From Prorocentrum cordatum (lineage: Eukaryota), in contig CAUYUJ010000247.1 of the NCBI GenBank assembly GCA_963575745.1, positions 1 through 64,000 on the forward strand: a stretch of 64,000 nt of DNA, written 5' to 3'. The position numbers and the translations under genes are program-made. This document shows, in pieces, positions 11,191 to 23,829 of this stretch; positions within the stretch are counted from its first letter, which is position 1, and each line of letters opens with the position of its first letter. The notes under the pieces were generated by a model that made no database searches, was not told where the DNA came from, and worked only from the letters and a program-made list of their open reading frames with translations.

Positions 11191-11429
11191 GTCGGCCACA
11201 TCGTCGAAGGGGCACATCGTCGAAGGGGCATCCATAAATGGATGCCCCCTTCTGCCGCATCAAGGCACGATGGAAGGAGACCCTGGAACCGATGCGCAGA
11301 CATAATGAAGATAAGCGTGGTAAAGATGAGTAGGAGGGAGATGGGGATGAATGCGGTTCAAGACGAGATGTATGATCTTGGAGGGGGGGGGAACATATAT
11401 ATATATACATATATATATACATATATATA

Positions 11430-14335
11430 TATATAGAAACATTTACAAATTGTTCAATCTAGGTTGTTCAGTCGACGTTTCGTCATATATGTTCTGACAT
11501 ACATGTGGCGCAATCTATGTGGCGCAATTGATTTTCACAAACGAGTTGACACATCCCGTGCTCTTGCAAACATCCCACCCACCCTCCCGCAACTTGGTTT
11601 GCAAAACCCATAAGGTGGCGATTGTGATGCATGCTCGGCGTTGGCTGGTGCGTGTCGGCGGCCGCGCCGACCCAAGCACGCGCGCGCAGCGGCCAGCTGG
11701 TTTGGCGCGACCGACGCGGCCTCGGTGGCGCTGATCGTTGGGCACATACCAGCGGGCACTTCATTGCGACTCGGCGATTTGAGCGGGCGCGGTATCATGG
11801 CAACGTCGACAAGGTAGACGTTGCGGGCGAGTCTCCAACGACTTCGACGACGACGACCTTGACGACGACGACGACAACACCGACGACGACGACGCCGACG
11901 CTGACAACGACGACGTCGAGGATAACGCCGACGACGACGACGCCGCCGACGACGACGACGACACGGACGACGACGACGGCGTCGACGACGACGACGTCGC
12001 CAACGAAGACGACGACGACGAGGGAGGAGGGAGGACGACTGCGGCGACGACGACAACGACGAGGGAGGAGGGAAGACGACGACGACGACGACGACGGCGA
12101 CGAAGTAGGAGGTCAACGACGAAACGCCGACGAAGACGACGAGGGAGGATGGACGACCACGGCGACAACGACGACGGAAACGACCGACGCCAAGACGACG
12201 ACGACGACGACGAGGAAAGACAGAGGTCGACGACGGCGACGGCGACGACGACGACGAGGGAGGAGGGATGACGGCGACGACGACGACGACGACGACGCAA
12301 GAGCGCGCGCGCACGCCTTTGTTGAAAATCCGTCGTGCGAAACCTTGTGTGTATGTTTTCAGGACACACGATTTTGAAATCCTTCCAGAACCGAAGGTTT
12401 TTTTGAAAGGATTTCGGCATGCGCGCGACGACGCGCGCGTCTGCATTTCGTCCCGTTTTTTGCAGAGGGTTCCGGCGACGGCACGCGCGCAATGGCGTTC
12501 GACAGATTTCGGCATGCGCGCGCGAAGCCCGTTTGGTAGTATTTTTTGGATAATGTTGAAAAACGCATGGTTTTCTTAAGATTACGCAAGAGCGCGCGCG
12601 TAAGCTTTAAAAAAAAACCAGTGTTGCGAAACCTTTATATATGTATATCTATATGTATATATATATGTATATATATATATATATATATATAGATACTCGA
12701 TTTTTAAATCTTTACAGCACCGAAGGTTTTGAAGGATTTCGGCATGCGCGCGCGACCACGCGCGCGTGTGCACTTCGTCCAATTTTTGGGCACAGGATTC
12801 ATTAAAACTTATGATTTGTGATAATCGAGTGCGCGCGCAGAGTATTTTTGCAGAGGATGGCGGGGGGGGGGGGGGGATACCGGCCTGGCTGGGATAATAT
12901 GAATTCACAGGTCGGATGGACGATGGGGCAGAATCATGTGTAAATTGCAATACGAAAAGGTGACCCGTTAACTCCGGGGGTGGGGGGTCGACTCTATTCT
13001 TGTCTTAGGCAGGAGAATCGACGTGTTGCAACCTGTGTTGTGCAACGGGGCGGCGGCGACGGGACGGGCCGGCGACGGCGACAACATAGCCGCCAAACCG
13101 ACCCCCGAGCCCAGACGACGGGCGGCGACAAGGCGGCGCCGAGGCGGCGACGGGGCGGCTTCGGCGACGACGCAGCCGCCAGACCGGCCCCCAGTCCAAG
13201 ACGTCGGGCAGCGACGAGGCGGCGCCGAGGCGGCGACGAGGCGGCGACGGCGACGACACAGCCGCCAGACCGACCCCCAAGCCCAGACAACAGGCGGCGC
13301 CGAGGCGGCGACCGGGCAACGACGGCGACTACATAGCCGCCAGACCGACCCTCAAACCCACACGACGGGCGGCGACGAGGCGGCGCTGAGGCGGCGACGG
13401 GGCGGCTTCGGCGACGACGCAGCCGCCAGACCGACCCCCAGTCCAAGACGTCGGGCAGCGACGAGGCAGCGACGAGGTGTCGACTGGGCGGCGACGGCGA
13501 TTACAGAGCCGCCAAACCGACCCCCAGGCCTAGACGACAGGCGGCGACGGGGCGGCGACGACGCGGCGACGAGGCGGCGACGGCGACGACACAGCTGCCA
13601 GACCGACCCCCAAGCCCAGACAACAGGCGGCGACGAGGCGGCGAAGGGGCCGCGGCGGCGACTACATAGCAGCCAGACCGACCTTGACGCCCAGTTGCTC
13701 ATTCCAGGAGTAAGAGCCTCTAAGTGCAAACGCTGTCTCGGGAATGCAAGTGTTACCAAGTGTGGGCCCAAAACAATGTGTTTCTAGCAACCTACGTGGT
13801 GCGATCTATGTTGTGCACTCTGCGTGGTGCTACCTATGTGGTGCAACCTGTGTGGTGCAAACTGTGTGTTGTAAGCTATGTGGTGCAAAACATGTGGTGT
13901 GACTTACGTGGTGCAGGCTATGAGTACAATACGTGGCGCAGTCTCTATGTGGTACAATCTGTTTGACGGAAACTAATGTGTGCTGTATATATTCATATAT
14001 ATATATATATACACACGCAGTGCAATTTACTTTGTGCCAGCTATCGTGGTGCAATATCTGCAGTGCAACCTATGTGGTGTGAGCTGTGTGATGTAGTTTT
14101 TTGTGGTGCAATATCGGTGGTGTAAGCTGTGTGGTGCGATCTATGCAAGATCCATGCGGTGTATGCTATGTGGTGCAATCCATATGTTGTGTAAACTATC
14201 GGGCGTAGACTGTACTTGTGTAAGGTATGTGATGCAGTACATGTGGTGCATCTTATTTGGTGTAAGCTAGTTTGTGCAATCTATGTGGCGCAATCTATGT
14301 TGTGCACTCGATGTGGTGCGATAGTGTGGTGTGGC
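11430..14335 (+). repeat. Large composite repeat, continuation/copy 2, with GAC arrays, a GC-rich minisatellite (13050-13690) and a GTGGTGCAATCTAT array (13780-14330)
   Basis: Colinear similarity to 4335-5490; ACAATGTGTTTCTAGCAA at both ~4344 and ~13773. Confidence 0.7.
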
Positions 14336-15299
14336 GACGGACGGCGGCTACTTGCGGCGACGGGCGACAGCAGGCGCGGCGACCGACAACCAGTCCCAGT
14401 AGCAGCGGCGGCGGACGGCGGCGACGGACGGCGACAGGCGACAACAAGTGCCCCCGAGCGACGACCCCTTTCAGTTCCTTAGGAATGGAGCAAGGGGAGC
14501 TCAGTGCAATCATTCTTTGGGGAAGCAACTTTCGACGGTCCGCGCTGATTTCTTGGATCGGCGCTGGAGCCCCCTGGCGGCGCCGCCGGCGTCGCCCCTG
14601 GCGCGCTTCGCGCGCCAGGGAGGGGGATCCAGCGCCGATCCAAGAAATCAGCGCGGACCTGCGAAGGTTTATGGTTATGCTATTTCTTCCTCGAGGGGAA
14701 GGTATCGATACCTCTGCCCTTTCCTTGTTTTCAGCTTTGTTGAGCCTAGTGTCGGCGGCGAGCGAGGCGGGGAAGTGAGAAGGGGCGGGCCTTCTCAGAA
14801 GGCTCAGAAGGCCCCGAAGACACGGGAAATTTCACAGAAGGCGCGAGGGGCTTCTGAGAAGTCCCGCCGCCTCCAGAGAAGGCGTTCTCTTCCTCATTCC
14901 CCCCCCCGCTCGTCGCCGATAGTGGGAGGCCCTCGTTGCCATCTCTGGATCCGCCTCGAGATGCTGGCCGGAGCGCGCACTGGGAGAGGTCCGGGGAGTA
15001 GCAGTACATCGAGTCTCAGGCCCCCAGATACCAGGACCCTGACTCACTAGGACATCGGCAAGTCGGGGAAACGACACCATTTCCTGCAAAGTCAGGTTTG
15101 GTCGTCCAGTGCAGCTTTCTTGCTGCACTGTAAGATTCGGGTCCTTGCCCATGTCTATGGGGGGGTGCGCAGGCTTTTATTGCCTGTGTTTGGGTTCATT
15201 CTGGGGGTGTTGCAGTGCAGTTCTTTCTCGTGCCTCATTCTGGGAGCGGTTGTTTCGAGGGATGTTGCATGTCCTGGTCTGGCGTGTCTGTGTGCACGG

Positions 15300-15490
15300 G
15301 GCCCTGAGTCAGCCACTCGCAGAGGGGGGTGGGGGGAGGGGGGAGGCTTCTTAGAAGCACCCCTGCTTCTTAGAAGGCGCGGGCCTTATCTATAGATGTA
15401 AGACCGCTGCCTTCTAAGAACCAGGGGTGCTTCTAAGAAGCCCCCCCCCCTCCCCCCACCCCCTTGTGCGCGCCGCCAACTGAGGGTCTC
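15300..15490. mobile_element. Hairpin MITE-like element (partial copy ~42230-42345)
   Basis: GGCTTCTTAGAAGCACCCCTG.TTCTTAGAAGGC mirrored by GCCTTCTAAGAACCAGGGGTGCTTCTAAGAAGCC. Confidence 0.75.
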
Positions 15491-15969
15491 TTCTGGCTTC
15501 CCCAGGCCCGAGGGCTCGGCAGAGAGGAGCCCGGGTGTTTCCAAATGAGCTCGTGGCAGATGCCAGAGGACGGAGGGTGCGGGCCCCAAGAATGCACCAC
15601 CGCCACCACCACCACCACCCACCACCACCACCACCACCACACCACCACCACCACCACCACCACCGCCACCACCACCACCACGTCGATTCCTCCTCCCTCC
15701 TCTGCCCTCCTCTTCCTCTCCTCTTTCCTGGGGGGGGGGGGGCGGGGAAGGGGTGAGGGAGGTGGTGGTGGTGTGCATGTGTGGGCCCCGTGAAGGGCGA
15801 GTTCAGACGACGGCTGGTTGGGCCCCCCGCGGGTGCCTTCGCGGGGGGCCCCCCTCGGGGGTCCACGGCCGGGGGCAGCTCGGCGGACAGCGTGTGCGCG
15901 TCCGGAGACCGGGAGAGGTCCGGGGATCGATCTGGAACTGCCTTTGGTCTCAACTCGCCCTGCTCCGAA

Positions 15970-16945
15970 CCCAGACCCCCTCGCGGTATGAAAAAAGCCT
16001 CGGCGGGGAGCTTTTTTGTCGCTATCTTCGGCCTCGGGGGGCCCTCGCCGGCCCCTGGGGGCCGTCCAAGAACGACCCGGGACGAGCAACCGGTCCCTGG
16101 GAGGGGTCCAGACCGCTGGGGGTCCGCGTCGTGCAAAACGTAAGTCGGGCATGTCTCTCTGCAGGGGGAATATTCAAACATACCAAAAAATAGTCTGGGG
16201 ACTATTTTTTGAGTATGTCTGGGCATCTTTTGAGCATTTTTTGAATATATTTTATTTTCCGTCGAAAATCCCCCTCTAGGGGGACAGGCCCGACCTAAGG
16301 CAAAACTCATGACGTCGGGGGTCTGGGAAGGTGGGGTCGGGTGATGGCGCCGGGCGTGGCCGCACCTCGCGGATGCATCGGCGGTGCGGCTCGATGTGTG
16401 CAACGGGATTGTCGGGGGAGCGAAGGCAGCACCGGCGACGCGCCGCCGTGAGGAGCGCCTGGCGTGCCACTGCCCAAGGAGACGCACCGGGTCTTCGGAC
16501 CCAAACGGAGGAGTCGCACGCCGACGGCCCCCCCCCCAACGGCACCGTGTCGTGCATCCTCGTCCTCCCTCCCGAGCTGGCTCCACGCCGACGCGCCGAT
16601 GCATCGCCGAGGCAGTGGCGGTGCGGCACGATCCCCCGACCCCAGCTGCCAGGACCTTACTTCGGGAGGCCTCCCAGGAGGCTGCCGACGCCTACCAGGA
16701 CTTCCTGGGCGCTGGCAAGAGTGCCCCCCCCTCCTGGCCCGGGGTGTCCCCCAGCCCCATACCCAGACCCCCGACGTCATAACTTTTTCATGACGCGGCC
16801 CCCCAGCGGTCTGGACACCTTCCCTGGGAGAGGTTTTTGGGCCTGAGTCGTTTTTGCGGTCCCGAGGGCCGGCGAGGGCTCCCAGAGGCCGAAAATAGCG
16901 GATCACTCCCCGCCTTGATTTTGTCATAGCGCGAGGTGATCTGGG
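15970..16945. mobile_element. Foldback-type element, ~190-bp inverted arms, MITE nested in left arm
   Basis: 15970-16330 (minus MITE 16143-16295) matches the reverse complement of 16760-16945; solo or partial arms at 1945-2290 and ~17920-18080. Confidence 0.75.
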
Positions 16946-17398
16946 TACGAGGTCCTGGCGTCGTAGTTTTCTTGAACCGCGTGGCTTCGTCCGGACTCGG
17001 GCCCCGGGACCCGCGCGGACCGATCTGGTTCGAGAAACGCCACAGGAGCATTCGGCGCCGAGCGAGGGGGGGGGAGGGCACCTCCGAGCCTTCGGAGACG
17101 GCCTGCCCCTTCTCGCTTCCCCCCCCCTGGCTCGCCGCCGACGCATGGGGCCATAGGGCTCCGGTCGTGCCTCCTCCCGGGTCCTGCACTGCAGTGCTTC
17201 CCGCGGCGTCGGACCTCAGGGGCCGCTGGGTCGTCGGGGGTCCTCGCGCGCCCCCGCGTCGGGGCCTCGTGCGGGGCGCCGAGGCCGCTGGGGCCGATCC
17301 CGGGAACCCTGCGGCGCAGCAGCACGAGCAGGAACACGACACCGCGGAGAATCACGGCCGGAGCCCCTGACCCCACCTCTCTGCGGTACGTTTCGATC

Positions 17399-17600
17399 GG
17401 GGGAACGTCAGCCTCGAGTGAGCCAGAACTCGGGTTGGCCGGCGCTTTTTGACGAGGCGCGTCCTGCTTTGTGACGGTCCAGCTTTCGTAGGATGTTTGC
17501 AGCGGAAGCTCGCGTCAAATTTCAGACTGGGTCTCGTCATTTTCCTGATGGCTCTGTCAGGCCAACCCGGGGCCCCCGAACCCGAGCCTTACGTCTCCCC
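17399..17600. repeat. ~200-bp dispersed repeat (second copy ~50198-50397)
   Basis: Shared GACGGTCCAGC.TTCGT.GGATGT.TGCAGCGG...TCAGGCCAACCCG.G.CCCCCGAACCCGAG; short inverted ends. Confidence 0.75.
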
Positions 17601-18091
17601 GTTTCGATGCGGATGGATCTGTGATGGTCCAAGGGCCTGAAACGAAGCAGTGTTCCGCGATATTCGTTTGTCTACCACATCCTTCCCGCGTCAAGCAGAT
17701 TCTTCCACCACCTGGGGCCACGTCTAATATACAAGAACCGGGCCCCAGGGAGGGCACTTTGTATACCAAACTCATGACTAGGACTCTCGCCAAACCCCAG
17801 GGCTTTCTCTCGGTATAGTCTAGTATGTTGAATTTTTCCGGCGGAAGCTCCGCTCTGTGTGGAGAAGTGCGTCGCCGGGGTCTCAGGGCAGCTCTGGGAG
17901 ATCTTGGGCCTGGGCCCAGAGATCCGTTGTCGTGATTTTGTCAAGGCGGGGTCCCCGGAAGCCTCGACCCATTCCCCAGGACCGGTTTTTCATGCCGAGT
18001 CGTTTTTTGAGGGTCCCGGGGCCCGGCGAGGGCCGCTAGATGCCGAAACTCGAGAAAAAACCTCCGTCTTGATTTTTTCAATGCGTTGGAG

Positions 18092-18308
18092 GTCTGGGGG
18101 GCGCTCCTGTCAACGCCCGGACCTCGTGCGGGAAGCGAACCTTGCCCTCGGCGGCGGAAGGGACGTCCACGGGGACGATGACGCCGTCTGCCAGCAGCTC
18201 TGCGACCACATCCCGCCCGGGAAGAGGGCCGAGCTCGTGGAGAGCGTCCGACGCTTCGCCGCGGGCGACGACGCGGCGCTGCGGTTCCCGCCCACGCTGA
18301 GCAACCTG
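18092..18308 (+). CDS. Host exon, N-terminal half of R3H domain
   Basis: ...AELVESVRRFAAGDDAALRFPPTLSNL, ending at a G|GA donor; 5' boundary less certain. Confidence 0.8.
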
Positions 18309-18352
18309 GAGACCAGGGGAGAAAAGGCATCCTTTTGGGGAACGAAGAATGA

Positions 18353-18492
18353 CAGAAGCATAAAAACTCGGAGGTCCGCGCGGACTTCTCGGACCGGCGC
18401 TGGAGCCCCCCCGGCGGCGCCGCGCGCCAGGGAGGGGGCTGCAGCGCCGATCCGAGAAATCCGCGCGGACCGCCGAGTTTTTATGCTTCTGC
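18353..18492. mobile_element. Hairpin MITE-like element (copies ~14530-14670, ~28185-28320)
   Basis: GAAGCATAAAAACTCGG.GGTCCGCGCGGA.TTCTCGGA.CGGCGCTG is inverted at the other end. Confidence 0.75.
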
Positions 18493-18964
18493 CATTCTTC
18501 GTTTCCCTATTACTGTTCCTGCTACCCTCGCCTCGTTTTTTCACTTTGCGGCCTCTTGGAAGTGCCTCGTCGCCACGGCTGGATCCGCCCCCAAACTCTG
18601 GTCAGAATGTATCCTGGCAGTAATGCTTGTGCTCGGAAGTGTTGTCTTCGTATGTTGTGATAGCGCGTCTGCCTGTCGAATTGCAAGTCGCCCCTTGTAG
18701 CACCAGCAGTTGCTCCCTTTGCATGGTAGGTTTCAATCTTGAGGTGTACATTGGAGACCCATACCAAGAAACACCCTGCTTGCCTCCAGGGTGCCCTGGG
18801 TTTCTTGACTTTCGATGGTTCTGCTATGGAGAGCGTGGCGCTCCCACACCAAAAACCAAAGGACGTCCTGGGGTCTCAGAGTTGGGTTTCCTGTGGAAGG
18901 TCTCTTGTGCACTGGCCTTCGCTGTATGGCGAGCAACGCCATCGGCATCTCTTGGCCTGCCCAG

Positions 18965-19080
18965 GAGAGGAAGCTGGTCCACAGGGAAGCGGAGGCGCAC
19001 GGCCTTCACCACGAGAGCTCTGGCGCGGGGGCGAAGCGGCGCATCCAGGTGTCTCGCCGCGCGGGGGACAGCAAGCGCAG
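18965..19080 (+). CDS. Host exon, C-terminal half of R3H domain
   Basis: CAG|G acceptor; ERKLVHREAEAHGLHHESSGAGAKRRIQVSRR fits RxxxH..A...GL...S.G....R; donor AG|GA at 19080 (alternative GT donor after 19048). Confidence 0.85.
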
Positions 19081-21454
19081 GAGAGCAGACCGCGGAGCAG
19101 GGGCGTGCCCTGTCTCGGGCGATCGCAAGCATGGATCAAGAGGGCGTGGACTAGCGACGGGTCCCGTCTCCATGGGAGATCGTGGACTCCCGCCGCCGAG
19201 CGAGGCGGCACCAGCCGCATTTTGGGGAGGGGGAGGAGGAGGAGGAGGAGGAGGAGGAGGAGGAGGAGGAGGAGGAGGAGGAGGAGGAGGAGGAGGAGGA
19301 GGAGGAGGAGGAGGAGGAGGAGGAGGAGGAGGAGGAGGAGGAGGAGGAGGGGGGAGGGATCGCTATTCCATGTCTGCGCTAGTCCATGTTTGCGCGCCCC
19401 CGACTCTGGGGAGGTCTGTGCGGGCTTCTTGGACCAGGGCCTGGGGCCCCCCCCGCCTCCGCGCGAGTTTTCGCGGCTCTCGGGCCAGATCTGCTGCCCC
19501 CTCTTGGCCAGGGGCGGCCCGAGGGCCGACGGGGGCAAAGATGGTTTGAAGTCGGGCCTGTCCCTCTACAGGAGGATTAATCAAACTTAGTTTCAAAAAA
19601 TAGTACGGGGACGTTTTTTTGAGTATTTGTGGTTATTTTCAATTATTTTTGTAGTTTTGTTCCTTTTTCGTCCAAATCCGCCTGTAGAGGGACATGCCCG
19701 ACCTAAAGATAGCTGCTCGTCTCGCACCACTCAGAAGAGCGACAGGCACCGATTCCGCTAGCCCTCCTCGCGGTTCCCCTGTCGTGGACCCTCCTGGGAG
19801 GCCCTTGGCACCGCCGCTGCATTCGCCTCGCGATTCTGGCCAGAGCGCACTCCGGGCGAGGCCTGGGGAGCGGCGGTGTCGGTGCCTTTTGGTCTCTCCC
19901 CGGTCGCGGGGCGCGGTGCGCGAAGCCGGGCGACCTCTGGGTGCCAGCTGTCCGCTCTCCTGCGAGCGCCCGCGGCTGCGCTCGTAGGGCAAGAGGCCCC
20001 CCCTCGGGGGAGGCCGCCGGCGCGCTTGCCCGCCGGCGAAGCCGGGGCGCGCTGCCCCTGCAGGCGCGGCGCGCAGAGGGCGGCTCGCCTGGCCGCTTCC
20101 CGCCGCACTCGGCGTGCGCGCGCCCTCGCCTGGTGAGGCTCTTCGGGTGGCGCGCGGGCAGCCCGCCCGCCCTCCCGAGGGCCTCAGGTGGTCCCGGCTG
20201 GCCACAGCAGTCGGCTGCACGTAAGGGTTACCCCTAGGCGGAGTGGCCGTTCGTGCGGGCCCACTGGGGCCCCCCCCTCATCGCTGAGCACGATGCGGCA
20301 GCATCGGCTTGCTCGCTTGGGCGTGGCTCCCCCGCTTGGGCTTGGACCAAAGGTCACTCTTGCCTAGGGTTATGATGTTCCGACCTTCTCTAACCCTGGA
20401 TCGCAAGAAAGAATTTCGAGCACCAGGACTGTACCACAAGCAGAGGGCTTTCGCGTGTTGGGCTCCGGGAGGCGGTGCTCTTTCGCGACACCGTGTCGAT
20501 CCTTTTCCTGGGTGCTCGAACTTGCTTTCGGGATCGGGCCGCAAGACAAGCCCAGGGCCACTCTTGCGCGTCACCGAAACAGGCGCCCTGGGGAGTCCCA
20601 GCTGGCCTGAAAACCGGCTCCCCGAGCAGCCCGGGCCGGCCCGAACAGCCGCGGCTTTCGACCTCCGACGGCGCCCTATGTCGGGGCGCTCCGCGTACCG
20701 GGGTTGAGGTGCCGAGAGACCGCCCCGGGCTGCTCGCAGTGCCCGCGGAGGCTGGCCTGGGCCACCTGGGGGGGCTGTCGGTGCGCAGCCCGAAGCCTTA
20801 CCTCGGGCGAAGAGAACTATGTACATGCACCGATCCTGACAACGTCCATCCTGGACCCAGGATCGGTGCATATATCTTCCTGGCCAAGGTAAGAGGGCGT
20901 ATGCACCCATCCTGGGCTCAGGATGGGCCTGGCCAGAATCGGTGTATGTGCATAGTTCTCTTTCCTCTATTACCAACCCCCGCTCGTCCTCTTCCTGTCT
21001 ACGCCTTCGGAGGCGCCGCAGTACCGGCCAGCAGCGTCCGCTATTGCTGTGGGGGCCCACGTCGAGAAGCACTCCGCTTGCCTCCAGGGTGCCCTGTGTT
21101 TCTTGGGCTTCCATGGTTTTGCGATGGAAAGCGAGAGGCTCCCACACCAGAAATCGATGGACGTCCTGGGGTCTCAGGGTTGGGTTTCTTGTGGAAGGTT
21201 TCTTGTGGTCGGGCCCCTGCTGTAGAGTGTCGCGCCGCCGGTTCCAGCCCGCGACGCTTCGGCGCGACACGCGAACCGCGTCCCAGTCCCCAGACAGCAG
21301 CGTCCTGAGCCTCTCCCATCCCCCCGCCCCGCGGAGCGGAGCGACACGCCATCCGCTGGCAGGGCACAGCGTGTCGCCAGGGCCGCCGCCGCGACACGCC
21401 GAGCAGGAGCTCCCGACCGTGTACACCTCCGTGCACCGATCCTGGCCAGGCTTA

Positions 21455-21607
21455 AGTCGGGCATGTCCCTCTACAGGAGGAAGATTCAAAGATAATCAAA
21501 AAATAGTTTGGGGACGATTTTTCAGCATTTTTTGCAAATGTTCGAATACTTTTACGGTATTTTCTATTTTTCGTTGAAAATCCCCCTGTAGGAGGACAGG
21601 CCCGACT
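21455..21607. mobile_element. ~150-bp MITE with AT-rich core (copies near 389, 3900, 16143, 19550, 25000, 28347, 29780, 33570, 59200)
   Basis: TIR AGTCGGGCATGTCCCTCTACAGG / CCTGTAGGAGGACAGGCCCGACT, flanked by TA here and at 16143-16295. Confidence 0.85.
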
Positions 21608-22725
21608 TAAGGCCAGGCCTATACTGGGCCCAGGATCGGAGCACACGCCGATCCGAGGCCCAGGGTGGGCCGGGCCAGGGCCGTTTTTCTCCAGCTCGGC
21701 TTGCTCAATGGCATCGAGGACTGGTCCTGTGTACCCCTCCCTTCTATTTTGTCCTTGCGCGGTCGCCGTATCCGCATGGCTTCCTCCGTATCCGCATGCC
21801 TTCCTCTGCTATCCGCATGGGTTCCGCCGTATCCGCATGGGCTCCCCTGCTATTCCGATGGCTTCCTGTGGCTGTTCCAGTAGCGTCCCAACAATCGTTC
21901 CACAATCGTCAGAACTATGCGCATGACTTCCTCTGTATCGGCATGGTTTCTTCTGCTAGCCGCACAGGTATCTCTGTATCAGCATGGCTTCCGCTGCTAT
22001 TCCCGTGACTTCTTGTGGCTATTCAAAGGGCTTCCCAACAATCGTCCATTAATCGTCAAGCTCGGAAATATATTAGAGTAACGTAGACTAAAGTAGATTA
22101 GAGTAGAGTAGAGCAGAGTAGAGAGAGAGTATCTATAGAAGGGTATATGAACAGAGAAGAGCATATTATACTAGAGTCGAGTAGACCAGAGTGGAGTAGA
22201 GTAGGGTAGAGTAGAGTAGAGTAGACAATCCTATAATAGAATGGAGTGGGAGTAGGGCGGAGTAGAGTCGAGCACGAGTAGCGTAGGCTCGAGTAGAGCA
22301 GAGCAGAGGCCCGCCCGCCCGACGAGCTCATTAGAGCCAGCCCGTCCGGCCTGCCCGTCAGGGTCCGCCCGCGTGGTCGAGCCCGCGCGACGGGCTCGTT
22401 TTTTGTTGTACGTCGGGGTTTACCCCAGAGCTGGAATGGAAAAGGTGAACCTTCCCAGAGGGGGTGCGGTCATAGACTTAGATGGCGGGTGCGAGGGGGA
22501 GGGGTAAAAACATGATGATTCAAGCCGCTTCCCGTCGTGAGATGATATTGTTTTTGTCGCGGGAGGGGGGGTGGATGGGGCGCACCCCCTGAAGCGTGTG
22601 AGCACCCGCTTCAGAGAACATGTCACCTTTTGGGGAGCACGGCAACAATCTATGGCCCAAGCGTGCGGATCAAACAGCGCGCCCCCGCACTCCCCACGGA
22701 GGCCCGACAAATCTGTCGTCGCCGC

Positions 22726-22798
<73 letters not shown>

Positions 22799-22875
22799 CG
22801 CGTCCTTTGTCGTCGTCGTGGGCGGCGCCCGCGGCACAGAGCCGCCGCCGCCGCCGCCGTCGCCGCCGCCGTCGT

Positions 22876-22913
<38 letters not shown>

Positions 22914-22924
22914 CCGTCGTCGTT

Positions 22925-22959
<35 letters not shown>

Positions 22960-23096
22960 CGCCGCCGCCGTCGTTGTCGCCGCCGTCGTCGTCATCGGCT
23001 TCGTCGTTTGCGGCGGCGGCGTCGAGGCGGCGGCGGTGCCCGCGGACGGCGGCGGCGAGCGCCGGGCGGCCTGCCCGGCGGCGGGCGGCCACTGAG

Positions 23097-23167
23097 GTCG
23101 GTGCTGACGAAGGCCGCGCAGGTGTCCTTCGACCCCGAGAAGGTCTTCTCCTGGGGGGGCCTCGAGG
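23097..23167 (+). CDS. Host exon (SVLTKAAQVSFDPEKVFSWGGLE)
   Basis: AG|G, G|GC; phase-compatible with 19080 and 26679. Confidence 0.65.
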
Positions 23168-23829
23168 GCCAAGACCCCCCCTCGAGGCACGACAAGGAGT
23201 CACGGCGGCAGGGCTTCTGTGCTTTTCGGCCCCATGGAGGGCCCCACTCGGGGCCTCCAGGGTCCGAGAGGCAGCGCTTCGGGAGGCAAAGCGGGTCCCG
23301 GGGAAGGGGTCGAGACTTCTGGTCTGTCCTTTCCTGTCGTCGTCCCTCCCTCTCCTCCTCCCCCTGTCTCGCTCCTCGGCTCCTCCCGCCCCTGTTCCGT
23401 CCCCGGCCCGCTTCTCTTGTCGGCCCGCCCTGCGGTCTGAACAAGCGCTGCGTCGGCAGGAACCGGCACCTTGTTGATTCTGTGAAAGATGGCCCAGCGC
23501 TGCGCGCTCCAGGGCTGCGAAAGAAGAAGAGGTTACGAACAAGTTCGTGACGTCGGGGGTCTGGGCAGGCGCGGTTGCTGCAGGCTCTGGGCAGGCCCGG
23601 GTGAGCGGCCACGTGCCCGGGCCAGGCGAGGGGGTCCCCCCTGGCGCGGCCGCTGCCCCACAGCGCGCGCATCGGAGCAGCGCGCGCGGGCGCGGGCCCG
23701 CGTCTCTGTCGCGCACTGCCCCGGGGCCTCCGACAGTGAGGATGATTCTCCATGTCCGAACATCGGTTTCGTGCTGTTGCTCAGGCCCCCCCTTCCGACT
23801 CACGCCTCACGCCTCCCTCGCCCCCCCCC

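Larger units (their letters stand above)
5492..11394 (-). mobile_element. TIR DNA transposon, IS1595/Merlin-like, with two genes and subterminal repeat arrays
   Basis: Left end GGTCGCCCCCCTCCAAGATCATACCTTTTCGTCT (from 5492); right end reverse-complements to GTTC(C)nTCCAAGATCATACATCTCGTCT (11361-11394). ATATATAT flanks both ends (5484-5491, 11395-11402), compatible with an 8-bp TSD but inside a TA tract. Encloses a DDE-type transposase ORF. Confidence 0.85.

Noticed and set aside
5484..11402. 8-bp TSD as proof of the Merlin family
   Set aside because: ATATATAT lies within TA tracts, so it is compatible but not diagnostic.
9684..11436. Long + strand ORFs (517, 355, 214 aa)
   Set aside because: Antisense shadow of the transposase plus translation of tandem arrays.
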